DNA of 63,464 bases, filler included, from Octopus bimaculoides (GCF_001194135.2; 5 parts of 5 records of this genome joined end to end with filler, not necessarily neighbours in it); one strand, 5' to 3'; counted from the first letter of the whole stretch, positions 34,480 through 48,245 are shown. The notes: generated by a model not told the origin, from the sequence alone. Made by a program: numbers and translations.

Positions 34480-35360
34480 TTATTTCTTTTTATCTCAGGT
34501 TTTGTTGGAACTTCTGGAGTCTTACATGTGTAGCATGCCTGCTGCCTGCAGCCTACAGTACCATGCTATCTGTTCTTTTCAACTATCTAATACTTCCCTG
34601 ATTATTCTGGCCTGGCCTGCCAAGGAGGCAAACCTTTTGTAACAGTTCTACTGGGCACTCTATTCCAATTTACTTTATATTTCTCTTGATGCCTTCTGAT
34701 ACTGTTCCNNNNNNNNNNTCCAATTTACTTTATATTTCTCTTGATGCCTTCTGATACTGTTCCCAAGGACCCAACAATAATTGGCACTATCTTCACCTTC
34801 TTCATTTTCCACTGCCAGGTTATTTTGTACTTAAGAGGGTTGCATTTATCTATTTTTTCACCTTTCTTCTTGACTATTCATGGGACAATGGACAAGCAGC
34901 ATCAACTATATAGCACATGTGATGCATCTTGTCGACCACCACTAGGCCTGGTCTGTTATGCTCTAGTACTTGATCTTTTGGGATTGGGAAATCCCAGAGA
35001 ATTTTGCAAGTCTCTGATTCTGCCACTCTCTGCAGTTTGTTCTCATACCACTTCTTGCTTTTCTCTGGCCCCCATTTTTCGCAGTTTCCAATGTAGCACT
35101 TTCACTACCTTATTGTGATGCCACAACATGTAGCGGTTTTGGGCAAGTCTAGGGCAATGGTTTTATCCACTGTTATAGATGCAGCACAGCGGTGACACTT
35201 GCTCATTCCTAAGGTTGACCCTCCAATTCATGGCCAAAGCATGGTCTTGCACTGTCAGTATAGTGCTCTCAGCCTCTCTTTTCAGTGTTCCTTTCTTCAG
35301 CCAATCCAGCCTATGTTTTCCAGCAACTTCAGTTGTGGCTACATGGAATTGATTGTGTAG

Positions 35361-35362
<2 letters not shown>
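34480..35362 (-). mobile_element. Second R4/Dong-like RLE LINE 3' fragment
   Basis: Translates to WLKKGTLKREAESTILTVQDHAL, C..LAQNRY..HNKV, LHWKL, ILWDFPI, HNRPGLV, IVDAACP and VPIIVGSLG. The 5' junction is in (TAA)n at 35363-35415. Confidence 0.9.
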
Positions 35363-35412
<50 letters not shown>

Positions 35413-37834
35413 GTTATTATTTGACTCCATTTATGTGAAGCTATGTTTTTGACTATCACTTTGAAACATGAACTATTCAAGTGTTTTCAAGTGAAATTTT
35501 CATAGGAGTACTTGTAAAAAAAATTACAATTGCCTAAAGGAGGGCTGCTTTAATGGGGGTGGGGGTAGACATCAGAAAAAAGGGATATTTGTTTCATAAA
35601 CTTTTGAAATTTTGTTTACACCACATTACATTTTCAAATCTAAAATGGCTACCACACACAATTATGCTACATGACTAAACACTACAAAAAGAAGAAAAAA
35701 ATAGCACAAAAATCGAAACACACAATTAAACGTTCACTTCCTTCTTCCTCTTACGAGAAGAAGAAGAAAATGAACACTTAAGTGAACAATTAATAGAAGA
35801 AAACGTCCCAAATACTCAAATAAAATAGCAACATTAATAGCAACAACAATAGCAGTAATGACTCTTACACAAAGTTAAATACTACAACCTGTTCATATAG
35901 CATTTATGTGAAGGTAAAAACCTTCTTTAATACTAATGAACTATTGGAGTTTTTAGATCTGTCACAGTTATAAGAAAAACAATGTAGATGAAAAAATTTC
36001 ATTAAACCAAGCAGCAATTCTTTGTTACAGGAGATAATCTAGGAGACAACAAAAAAATGAATAATTTATTTCTACTTATGAAAAGATAGATGCTTTTTTC
36101 ACCTTTATTAGTTCAACAGACTCTCTAGAACATATATAGAGAAGTTCTCTCAGTTGAAAAGGCAAGAGCTATGGCACTAACTGCTGTATCTATAAAAATT
36201 AGAGATGCAACTAAAACACAGGCTAAAATTATCAGACACAGTTTTAGCCATATTTGTGCTCCAATGCATGAGTCAATGAAACACAAAAATGACTGTAAGA
36301 TCCATGGCTAGTAGTGACTTTTGTGGTAATGTATGGGAGAATTGTGAGAGCAGTGATACTAAAAGGTAGCCTCAGATTATGGGACATTAAAATAGACTTA
36401 CAAGTTCTAATGATACCCAAAGTTCACAGAGCCATACCAGAATGACCTTGAGGACATTGTTAGACAAAGGGCATGAAATTAAATTTTCTATGCAGAAATC
36501 TTAGTCTCTACATCTGCCAATGTAAAACACCTCAGAGTTCAATCTTTCTAGAAGAAATGGAAAGATTAAGCAAAATAAAATGAAAATCGAAAATAACAAA
36601 TATCAATGGCAACAAAAAACCCCAGCTTCCAGAGTAACACTAGCCAAAACTCTGGAGGTGACAAGTAAAATATCTTTAAACTCAGAATCAGAAACAGATG
36701 AGCAAACACCTTATCCCCTCACAGTACCAATTTGTAGTATCACACTTTCATCATACAATGAGGAAGAAATAATTGCAGATGAAAATTCACAAATAGTCAG
36801 TTAAAATACAAAGGAAAAAAACAAAAAAAGAAGACCATAAAACAATAAAAATAGGTGAGGAGGATCAATTTCTTCCAAATACCAATGAAATCTCAATGCA
36901 GGAACATAATAAAGAAATAAAGAGAACACAGATGAACAAAGATCCACCATTCTTTGAAAATCAAACAAGCAGTTAATAGACAAAATTGTTTCTCTTTACC
37001 CCAAACTCTCTAAGAATTTAGAAGAGCACAACAATAAGTTTAGGATTTAAACAGCATGCAAAAGATTCATTACTAGTAAAATTAAAGTTAAGAATACATT
37101 CAAGATGTTACTAATGCTTACTGGTGCATTTGTTTGCACTCAGACACAATTTGAGAAATAGATAATTGAATAGCCTGACTATTAATCTTTCATATATTTC
37201 TTTAACTCTTTCGTTACTGTATTTATTTTGAGATGCTCTGTGTTTCGTTCAATTAATTTTAAATATAACAAAGAATTTAGTAAAATAACTTATTATAATT
37301 AAGCTAGTGTTAGAAACATAAATTGTGACTAATGTTTGGTGGAAGATTTTAATTCAAAACTTTTGAAAACAACTCATTTGTACTACAGAGCCAGAGGCAA
37401 ATTCAGCCAGGTTGGTATCGTAAGAGTTAAATTATATTTTGTTTTAGTATAGTTTTATTGTACTTATGTATTCCCATCCAAATATGAGTATGTATGTGTG
37501 TTTTTGTACTTGTGTGCGTATATATATATAGAGATAGATGTATGTGTATGTACAAATATGTGTATGTGTGAGGATGCATGCATATGTGTGTGTCTGTGGA
37601 TGTATGTATATGTGTATACTTGTGTGTGTGTGTCTGCAAACAAGTGTGTAAAGTTCTTTAAATTTTTTCTGTCTTGTGTTATTTCTCTTGGCTCTTTACA
37701 TCCTGTGCTCAAATGCAACCTAAATTTGCTTTCCATCCCTTCAATAAAATTAAGTTCCAGTCAAAACTAACTCCCTCCTCCAAATTTGCTGGACTTGTGT
37801 CTAAGTTAGAGACAATTATTATCTTATTATTATT

Positions 37835-38170
37835 GGTGAGCTGGCAGAATCATTAGCATACCAGGTGAAATGCTTTACAGTATTTCGTCTACTGCAACGT
37901 TCTAAGTTCAAATTCTGCCAAGGTTGACTTTGCCTTTCATCCTTTTGGGGTCAATAAAATAAGTACCAGTTAAACACTGGGGTTGATGCAATTCTGGGGA
38001 AGGATGTAAGTTGATTATATTGACACCAGTACTTGACTGGTACTTCTTTTATTCACACCAAAAAGATGAAAGGTAAAGTTGACTTTGGCAAAAGTTGAAC
38101 TCATAATAATAATAATTGACTCATCCCCTCCCCCCAAATTGCTGCCCTTGTAGCAAAATTTGAAACCATT
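37835..38170 (+). mobile_element. SINE family B carrying an inverted 129-bp insert
   Basis: The plus-strand SINE is interrupted at ggggttgatg|...|tgactcatcccc by 37988-38116. Confidence 0.88.
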
Positions 38171-38199
38171 ATCAGTGTTGTTATTATTTCCATCATCCC

Positions 38200-38284
38200 T
38201 CCAGTTGTGCATTGGAGTTGATATGCTTGACTTACTCCCTCCTTTCAAAATTGCTGAACTCGTGCCAAAAATTAGTAAAAATTA

Positions 38285-38343
<59 letters not shown>

Positions 38344-38530
38344 TGTTGAGCACTGGGGTTGATGTAGCTGACTATCCACCTCCCCCAAATTTCAGGCCTT
38401 GTGCCTATGTAAAAAGGATTATTATATTTATTATCATTGTTATTATTATTATCATTATTAGCACACCAAGCAAAATGCTTAGCGGCATTCTGTCCATCCT
38501 TATGTTCTGAGTTCAAATTCCACCAAGCTC
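38200..38530 (+). mobile_element. Cluster of SINE family B fragments around an (ATT)n tract (38282-38343)
   Basis: Repeated 3'-tail pieces (ccaaatttcaggccttgtgcc) and a head piece (agcacaccaagcaaaatgcttagcggc). Confidence 0.75.
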
Positions 38531-39104
38531 GACTTTGGTGTACCAGTGTTGTTGTTGTTGTTGCTGTTGCTGCTGCTGTTATTAAATACTCTTGATTTAA
38601 AAGGTTTGTTTCATTTGCTTTAGGTTTTTAATTTCAATTTTCTTTTCTTATTGATATTAAAAAAAATTTTTTAACTTTTAAAGGTAATTGCCAAGCATTT
38701 TCAATGTATTTTCATGTTAAAATCCACATTTTATTAATCATAAACCCAGAAACAGATATACATTCACACACATACATACTGTACAAACATTACTTAAACA
38801 GATGTATACAAAAAATATTCAAGAACTTTTGTATGAATTAGTTACCATCACAAGCAAAATATACTCACATATGCATACATATTCATATAGGAATTTTAAG
38901 TGGTTAGATTTGATGTGCACATAAACAGATTGGCTGCATATTGATCAAATGATGTTGACAGCCTTTGATAAGACCCCAATAAGGGTCAAAAATCAATCGA
39001 GGCTGTTCGTCTTTTTTGTTCAGTCTATAAGGGAAACAGTTAAACTTTCCATGTTTGTATGCCTACTATATAGTTTACAAATACTTACACACACACACAC
39101 ACAC

Positions 39105-39240
39105 ATAACAGGCTTCTTTCACTTTCCATCTACCAAATTCTCACACAGAGCTTTGGCTAGCCCAAAGCTTTAGCAGAAGACACTTGCCCAAGGTGCCACA
39201 AAGTGAGACTGAACTCAGAACCATGCAGCTAGGAAGCAAC
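39105..39240 (-). mobile_element. SINE family A head and central part
   Basis: ggcttctttcactttccatctacc...gacacttgcccaaggtgcc. Confidence 0.85.
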
Positions 39241-40163
39241 ATTTTTTTCCAGGGAAAGTAGGATTTTAGTGAATGCATACAGTATTCATTTGATTCCTTG
39301 AATAACTCTACTGTTTCTTAGATGAGAATACAATATTCAAATAACTGAGAGAAAAACTATAGCATTTTTCAAGTATATGTCATAGACAGAAAAAGGCTTT
39401 TTTTGAAGTGATGTAACTTGCTTAAAGGAATCACATGACCAGTGTCTTACACACACACACACACACATATGTATGTATGTCTGTATTTATGTGTGTGTGT
39501 GTGTATAGGTGGTTCCTTCTATTTTCTTCTTGCTATATATATATATATATATATATTTAAGGTTAGCTGAGTTAGAGGTTAAAATAACCGTCTAAGGGAT
39601 AAAAGTATCCATTACACTAACATTATATTACCTATAGTTAAACATGGGCAAACATGTTATGCTCATAAATTATAGGTAAAGACAAGGATAAACAGGAGTT
39701 TATCAGAAATCAAAATTTAAAGAAAACAGAAAATGGAGATAACATTGATGAACAACAATTGATTTGCATCAATTATTATTTATCATTTACAAAAAGACTG
39801 CATCTCATCTAACAGCTGTTTCTGCTGCCAATATTCTTTAGTATCACCATTATTATGCTAAAAATATATATCGTACATACACAATATGACTTGATTCTCA
39901 CCATATTCAACCTTTCTGTCTTCTTTTCTTGTCTCTTCTTTTTATCTATTTACTTATTTTCCACTCTAATCACACTCCATGATTCAAATCGGTTTTATTA
40001 CCAACTACGATATATATTTTTAGCATAATAATAGTGGTACCAAAGAACATTGGCAGCAGGAACAACTGCTAGATGGGATGCAGTCATTTTGTAAATAGTT
40101 AATAAATAATTGATGCAAATCAATTGTTGTTCATAAATATTATCTCCATTTTCTGTTTTCTTT

Positions 40164-40206
<43 letters not shown>

Positions 40207-40323
40207 ATGTATATATATATATGCATGTATGTATGTATATGTGTATATGGATTTATATACATATATATGCACACATGTATATATATACCTTTGCCCTGTG
40301 TCTATATTTCTCTCTCTCCCCAC

Positions 40324-40359
<36 letters not shown>

Positions 40360-40664
40360 ATATATGTATATATATATATATATAAGGTGATATAGGAGGT
40401 GTGTGTGTGTGTGTGTGTGCACGCGCATATGTGAGTGTGTATGCTCATAGTTGAAAATATCACCATATGTTCAGTTGATTAGGTTAATGTTAAGTTATTT
40501 TCTAGGTCTTCAATATATTTCTCTGTACCAAAAGATAGATAAGAAATATTTGATAACCAAGATTTGATTTTATCCAATAGGAAAAACTCAAGCTGAAACA
40601 AGCCACTCAGTCATATAATTCCGTTTTCTACTTTGCATGCATCAAAGAGATGTGATCAAATTAT

Positions 40665-40666
<2 letters not shown>

Positions 40667-40738
<72 letters not shown>
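40667..40738. repeat. (GT)n microsatellite
   Basis: Pure GT run. Confidence 0.95.
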
Positions 40739-40742
<4 letters not shown>

Positions 40743-41167
40743 AGATGGAGAATTATAAACTCTACTATTGCATGCCAGTATCAGAAAACAAATGTAAAAC
40801 TAATAGTGGTGATGAAAGTAACAACAGCAACAACAACAAACTTTTTTTAAAAATAGGAAAAATAAAATACCAGTCAATTGGTGATATGAAATGGCTTCAA
40901 AAATATTGAAATGAACTTCTTTCTGAATGTTCCCATTTTATTGATGAATAATTTTCAGTTACTGCTCCAGCATATAGTGAAGGTATGCTTTGCTAATGAG
41001 GTTAGAATAATGTTGAAACTTGTCTAAAATTGTCCCTTAGAAAAATGAAAATATTATTAGACATCAACTGATATTGCTTTTTTTCTTCATTTCATATTTA
41101 TTTATAGTAAACTTTTGAATACTAATCATTTGTAAATATGTTATCTCTAGATTAACTTCATCTTTTA

Positions 41168-41375
41168 TTTGTTTCAGTCATTAGACTGCAGCCATACTGG
41201 GGCATCGCCTTGAAGAATTTTTTTAAAGCTAATGAAACGATCCCAGTACATATTTTTTTAAAGCCTGGTACTTATTCTATTGAACTCTTTTGCCAAATGC
41301 TAAGTTATGTAGATGTAAACACACCAACACTGGTTTCAAGCAGTGGTAGGAGACAAACACTGACACAAAGACACC
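41168..41375 (-). mobile_element. SINE family A 3' half
   Basis: tgtttcagtcattagactgcagccatactgg...gtacttattctat...aaacacaccaacactgg. Confidence 0.85.
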
Positions 41376-41395
41376 CCCCACTTACACATGTATGC

Positions 41396-41456
<61 letters not shown>

Positions 41457-41939
41457 ATGAGCTTTCAGGATGTGCGCCATCCAGTGGCCAATGGATGAGA
41501 CAACTAGTTTCAAATGAGGTAAATGTCTACAAATGCATTTGATCTTCTCAATCAGGTTTGCTTGATCAGAGCTAACACGAAGCTAGACTGCTATTACAAC
41601 TACTACTGTTGTTACCACTGTTACTACTACTATTGCTGCTGGTGCTACTACGACCAAAATCACTCTGCTGATTCTTACTCTTGATAGAAATGTAGCTATT
41701 TTATAGAGATGTAAATGTAATATCCAGCTGCTAGCTTTCATCAGATACACTCATTTAGTGCCTGCAAATACCCTCAGGGAAATTTAAGCAATTTAAAAGA
41801 AGTAGCTCTGGACATCCAGAAAATTTAAATTAGAAAAACAAACCAATCAAATAATCAGGGTAATTGATGAGATTGCGTCTATATATATACAATTACAAAA
41901 AGAATATGGAAGGTGTTTGGATGGCTATGTAAAGATATA

Positions 41940-42096
41940 AACATGGCTGCACAGTCAAAAATTTGTCTTCTTGACCACATGGTTAAGGGTCTAGTCCCAC
42001 TGAATGGCACCTTGGGCAAGTGTCTTCTACTATAGCCTCAGGCTGACCAAAGCCTTGTGAGTGGGTTTGGTTGACAGAAACTGGAAGAATCCCATC

Positions 42097-42130
<34 letters not shown>

Positions 42131-42300
42131 NNNNNNNNNNACCCCTGTAACTTAGCAGTTTGGCAAAAGAGTCTGATAGAATAAGTACTAAGCTTACAAA
42201 GAATAAGTCATGGGGTTGATTTCATCGACTGATACCCTTTAAGGTGGTGCTCGAGCATGGCTGCAGTCAAATGACCGAAACAAGTAAGAGAATAAAAGAA
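41940..42300 (+). mobile_element. SINE family A (gap inside)
   Basis: Head catggctgcacagtc...gtcccactgaatggcaccttgggcaag; tail cagtcaaatgaccgaaacaagtaagagaataaaagaa. Confidence 0.88.
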
Positions 42301-42304
42301 TATA

Positions 42305-43141
42305 TAGGGTGCAATGGGTAAATTGTCGCCATTTTTATGTTTTTGATTTTGTTGACTACAAATATAGTAGGGTCAGTTGGGCACCATCTGCAAGAAAAAC
42401 AGCACCATGATGTAATTCACTCTGCCAGAAATTTGGAAACAACATGCTGTACTGCTTGACATTCGTGCTGGAAACTCCAATACGAACATTTCAGAGTGTT
42501 TGGGTGTCAATCTGAAGATATGTACCGAGAATGATAAAAATCAAACATCCAGCCAACATTATGGTGTTTGAAGTGATCACTAGTGATGGCAACATTATAC
42601 CTCCATTCGTCTTCCCACACAACCTCAGACTCAACACAGAAGCCTACATCAAGTGCCTGGAGGAAGTAGTGCTGCCCTGGGTCAAAAGAGTGGATGCTGG
42701 AAGACACTATGTCTAGCAACAAGACTCTGCACCATGCCACACAAGCAGGAGAACCCAGTCATGGCTATCAGACAATTTCTGCAACCACCCCTAATATCTG
42801 GCCACCTAACTCCCCAGACTGCAACCTCCTTGATTATTACGTGTGGGGTGCAGTTGAATGAAAGACCAACAAAACTCCTTGTAACAGTAAAGATGAATTG
42901 AAGGCAAGGATTATGGCAGCATTCACCAACTTAAACAAGGAGACTGTCCAGAAGTATTGCAAGAGATTCCAAAGTCGTCTGGAGGCCATAGTTGAAACTA
43001 ATGGTGATTTTATTGAATAAATTTACTCTTTGGTATTTCAAGGTATTTTTATGTAATTTTGGTAAATATATGTTAAAACGAGACGTCAGTGTTATTTTCA
43101 TTTTTGTGAAATTTAGACAACAGTTTATTCACCACACCCTG
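42305..43141 (+). mobile_element. Internally deleted Tc1/mariner, DD37D (maT-type) transposase remnant, TA TSD
   Basis: Translates to KHPANIMVF..ITSDG, *QQDSAPCHT, WPPNSPDCNLLDYYVWG and RLEAIVETNGDFIE*. TIRs are (C/T)AGGGTG...AAA.TGT.G.C at both ends, flanked by TA. Confidence 0.92.
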
Positions 43142-43154
43142 TATTTATGTATGC

Positions 43155-43210
<56 letters not shown>

Positions 43211-43629
43211 CCATCTAAGAATCCATAAGTCAGAAAAATCATGCATTCATATATTTGTCAATAGAGTGGATATATTAATCAAAGCGTACAGTATTATATA
43301 TCCAGTATAGCTGATCTTGCTATTTCATTTCACACTAGAGGTTCGATGGAATGTTAGGTAACAACCCAATTATGTAACCCTACACTCTTCAGAGACAGAA
43401 ATTCATCAAATTATAGCGTAGGTGGCTGCGTATTCCACAGATGTATGTAATCTTCAGTTAGAATCTGCATGACAAAGAGTATGACAAGGCTGGCCCTTTG
43501 AATTACAAGTACAATACATCCAATAGGTCTCTACACAGTTTCCACCTCCTCTATTTTACTTATAAGGCTTGGGTTGATCTGAATCTCTAAGAGTGACTTG
43601 CTCAATGTGACATGCTGTAGGATCAAACT

Positions 43630-44540
43630 CAGAGCCCATGATTGTGAAATCCATACTTCCATCTTCTTAATCTACTATTCCTGAGAGGATCTGCGGGGCA
43701 GAATCCTCAGGTACCTCCCCCATAGGGTCCTGTCAAAAGCAACCATCATTAGACTTTCCAGCTGGATTCCCAAGCATGACCAACTGAAACTATGGATATT
43801 ATCCAACCATCTCATCTTTGATCAACCCTTACGTCTCCTGCTGGTTGGCTCAGCTTGAAGAATCCATCTTGCAATTCTTTCCTGTGACATTCTAATCACA
43901 TATCTGTAGTACTGGAGCTGTGGCCCCTCAGGCTCTAATTGGAATGACTACCTGATCTCTGAGCTCTGCACATTGTCAAGTAATATTACTCCAGAAAGAT
44001 GAGGGTGGCAAGCTGGCAGAATCGTTAGCATGCTGGGCAAAATGTTTAGAGGCATTATGTCCATCTTCATGTTCTGAGTTCAAATTCCATCGAAGTTGAC
44101 TTTGCCTTTCATCTTTTCAGGGTCAATAAAATAAGTACCAGTTGAACACTGGGGTCAATGTAACCAACTTACGCCCTCTCCTGGACTTGCTTGCCTTGTG
44201 CCAAAATTTGAAATTAATGCTACTCCAGAGATCTTTTGGAGAAAACTCATTTTGGTTGCTTGTATTTGCAATTGTATTTACACAACATTCATGACCATAG
44301 ATGAGGATAGGTACGAAAACTGAATTGAAGATAGCAAGTTTGGTCTTTTATTTATCAACTTCTTCTCTTCTGAGGGTCAATGCTGGAGCTGGCACATTAC
44401 TGTGCCAGCACCTGCAATTCTAGCATCCAATCCAGCTTCCTGCTTCCCATCACTTGTGAATACAGCCCTGAAATACATATAGTTCTTCACTTATTTCAGT
44501 AATGTTCCACCAACATGCAGAACACACGGGAAGACATCTA
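43630..44540 (-). mobile_element. RTE-clade LINE 3' fragment (second family) split by a SINE
   Basis: Translates to VFTSDGKQ..LDARI, FNSVFVPILIYGHE, MSFLQKISGV and YVIRMSQERI...RWLDNI...DRTLW. Confidence 0.82.
43996..44220 (+). mobile_element. SINE family B insertion with a TSD
   Basis: Full copy; TACTCCAGA is duplicated at 43987-43995 and 44221-44229. Confidence 0.9.
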
Positions 44541-44566
44541 AAATACTCAGATACCCTGTACCCATA

Positions 44567-44617
<51 letters not shown>

Positions 44618-45139
44618 GCCAATACACACCTACACATATATAAACAGAATTCATTTTCCTTGCAATTGTACTTGCAAGTAATACATGCATACGTATTTAG
44701 TTTTGTTGTGAAAGACTTCTTGAAACAAATAACAAAGTATGGTGAGATAGACAGTCAAACAGACAGACCAGTATGTAGGTAGGTAGGTATGTATGTAGGT
44801 AGGTAAGTAGGTAGGTAGGTAGGAAGAAGTGAGTCAGTATCAACAATTAAAGCATTGTGTGGTAACATTTGTAACCTTTGTCAGAGCTTTCTTGTCAAGT
44901 TTGCACCTGTAACTGAATTTACTTACAAGTCTGAAAGGCATTAACATCAATTTGGAAGAGCATATGATTCAGCTATATCACAGCTGATGAATAATTTTAA
45001 TAGGAGACATGATATGGTGATGTTTGCTGTTTGCTGGTCGCCTAAACTCTAATTTTTTTGTTCTTTTATCTGAGGTTTTAAGAACTAATATACTTAATAT
45101 ACTAGTGAAAATGCTTACAGACGCTGAATGAAAAATTAG

Positions 45140-45310
45140 CTAGGTATAGCTATGTGGTTTAGAAGCTTGAATTGCAACCACATGGTTTCAGGTTTGATCT
45201 CACTGCATGGCACCTTGAGCGAATTTCTTCTACTATGGCCATTTACCAGCTGAAGACTTGTGAAGGAATTTGGTTGACGGAAACTGTGTGGAAGCTCATC
45301 ACCACCTTAT
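45140..45310 (+). mobile_element. SINE family A head and central part
   Basis: agctatgtggtttagaagcttg...ggtttgatctcactgcatggcacctt...tttggttgacggaaactg. Confidence 0.8.
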
Positions 45311-45383
<73 letters not shown>

Positions 45384-45855
45384 GATCACTGTCCAGTGTA
45401 TGTATTGTCCTTTTTTGGCTGACTGCCTTTGAGGTCAGTCGAATCTGTTCTGTTCTGTCTTGCCACCCAGTCAGTTAAAATTTTTCCATTTCCTTTTTCC
45501 TTGCACTAGCTTACTACACTGTCTGATAGTCGAAAAACTTTGTTTGCTTTGTTTTATTTTTGTTGTATAGCCGAAAGGCTTTTGTCCATGTTATATGTAT
45601 ATGTATAATTCTATTTCTTATGTTACGTTTGTCCGATAGTCGAAAGACCCTTTCTGTTTGTTATTTCCTTGTGTTTGTATATGTACATTCGTTTGCCTTG
45701 CTCAGGGGCTTAATGCCTTCAGCTTAAGCCCTTGGCTCAACTGGTTTCGAGTAGTATCAGAGAGGATTGGGCGAAGCTGCGTAAACATTCTAGACTCTGA
45801 CTGAAGAAGCAGTTGGCTACAAATGCTCCATGTATCTTGTTTTGTNNNNNNNNNN

Positions 45856-45902
<47 letters not shown>

Positions 45903-45904
45903 TA

Positions 45905-46435
45905 TATCATTATCATCATCTTCCTCATCGTTATTTAGTGACCGTTACATGTCACCAGCATGGGTGCCTTATAGGTGTCACTGGCACAGGTGCTTTTTAT
46001 GTGTAACCGACACTGTCCTTGACTACAATTTCACTTGGCTTGACAAGTTTTTTCAAGCACAACAAATCCCCAAAGGTCTCAATCGTTTGTCATTGCCTCC
46101 ATAGGACTTAACATCTGAAGATCATGCTTCACCATTTCATCCCATGTCTTCCTGGGTCTACCTCTTCCACAGGTTCCCTCCACAGTTAGAGATCAACATT
46201 TCTTTATGCAGCTGTCTTCATCCATATGCATCACATGACCAGACCAATGCAGTCTTCTCTCTTGCACACCACATCTGAAACCGCTTATGCCTAATTTTTC
46301 TCTCAAGATGCTTACACTCTGTTATACATGCACAATGACATTGCACATCCAGCAAAATATACCAGCTTCCTTTCTTTCAAACTTTCACATGTCCTCTGCA
46401 GTCACGGCCCATGTTTCACTGCTGTGTAGCATGGT
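45905..46435 (-). mobile_element. RTE LINE 3' fragment (same family as 15885-18095)
   Basis: Translates to MLHSSETWAVTAEDM...GHVMHM...GRGRPRKTWDEMVKHDL, followed by a UTR and a (GAT)n tail. Confidence 0.9.
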
Positions 46436-46907
46436 TGTTTGCACATATATATGCATATATATGTACATATACATATGTGCGTATATATATATATATATTA
46501 TGTATGAGAAAAGAAAATGGAGAAATTGACATATATATATAATATGTAAAGGTAAGATCCAAGGGTCAAGGTGTAGGAAGTTAGTAAGCTTCAAGCCGTC
46601 CATAGAAGGATGTAAATTTCTCCAATATCAAAGTTTGATAAGCTGAAAAAATTGTCTTATAGCTTATTGTTAGCAGTTGGGGTTGCTGTGTATGGGAATA
46701 AAAAGTCCAAAATTAGGGAATGGAGTAGATAAAATCCAGGCTACACATGTTTTATAGCTAGCAGAACCTCGGAAGTAGTAATAGCCCAAATGAGGGATAA
46801 TCTGCTAGCTACTTGTCAGGTTAAAGATATTTAATCAAATGGAGTTTATATTGTCATCAAGGGATCCAATGTTGACTTGCAGGAGAGGGTAAGTTGATTA
46901 CATATAT

Positions 46908-47050
46908 ATATAGTCATCATTTAACATTCAGTTTTCATGCTAGCATGGTTTGGAAGGCTTGACAGTCTGTTTTGACTTGGTTTCTACAGCTGGAATCCCT
47001 TCCTGATGCCCAACCACTTTACAGGGTGTACTGGGTGCTTTTTATGTGGC
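46908..47050 (-). mobile_element. RTE 3'UTR fragment
   Basis: tcatcatttaacattcagttttcatgctagcatgg...ctggaatcccttcctgatgcc. Confidence 0.8.
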
Positions 47051-47437
47051 ATCATCACCATTACTTTTTACATGGCACCATCACCAGTATGTGTGTGTGT
47101 GTGTGCATGCTTGAATTGACACTGAGATTTTATGTATATCACAAGTGGGGAAATCACTGCTATGCCTGGTCTTAGACATCTGCCATTGACAAGGCCAAGA
47201 AAGGCTGAAATCATGTGATCTGACAGTCCTGGCAGCAGTAGTGGATGACTATCTCTTGCCAGCAATAAAAACATGCGTACTTTTATGCACCACAAGTGCA
47301 TATGAGAGATTCTGTCATGATAAATAACACAGCATTCTGCATTCTGACATATTATCCATTTCTAAGTGAGTATAAATATTACCTTTTGGTATTAATACTG
47401 CTTTTGTTATTATTAATTATTTTTTAAGAAGCCCACT

Positions 47438-47488
<51 letters not shown>

Positions 47489-47983
47489 TACACACATATA
47501 TCGTAACCATTTACCCAGTGTTGTCAGCAGAAAAGTTATACGTGGAAAATCATTACATTACACTGTTATCAGCTCCAGACTAAGAAAAGATTTACTTCGC
47601 TAGCATCAGTATTTACAAAGAATATTTATATTTATTAGGTTTTTGCACTCTGCACCCTGCAGCTAAAAACTTCAAAAGGTTAACTCATTTAGAACAAGAT
47701 TTCACTGTTAACATAGTTACAAGTATTAACTGTTATATATTGCCAATAGCTGCCTTATGATGAAAATGTTGAGTTAAGCATTTTTTCTAATTTGAAAATC
47801 ATTAATTTCAAGATTTTGCTGGAGATATAGAAACATCAAGGAAGTTATTTCACCAAATCTCTCTCTCTCCCTCCCTTTCTCTCTCTTTCATCCCTCTCTC
47901 TCAATTTATCTTTCTCCAGCTCTCTTCCAATCTTATAAATGTATGCTCCATTTCATTATCTTCTATTTTTCTATCTGATTTAC

Positions 47984-48024
<41 letters not shown>

Positions 48025-48044
48025 CACGTGCACATGGTGGGGTG

Positions 48045-48245
48045 TTTGTGTTTCCTACCCACCATCAGTTGACAACCGATGTTGGTAGGTTTACATCCCT
48101 GTAACTTAGTGATTGAGCAAAAGAGACCGATAGGACAAGTACCATGCTTAAAAATAGGTACTGGTGTAGATTTCTCTAACTAAACCCTTCAAGGTGGTGC
48201 CCCAGTATAACTGAAGTTCAATGACTGAAACAAGTAATAAATATA
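48045..48245 (+). mobile_element. SINE family A 3' half
   Basis: tgacaaccgatgttggtaggtttacatccctgtaacttag...aatgactgaaacaagtaa. Confidence 0.85.

Noticed and set aside
34666-34760. Tandem duplication across a 10-N gap
   Set aside because: Identical sequence on both sides of a minimal gap indicates an unmerged contig overlap.
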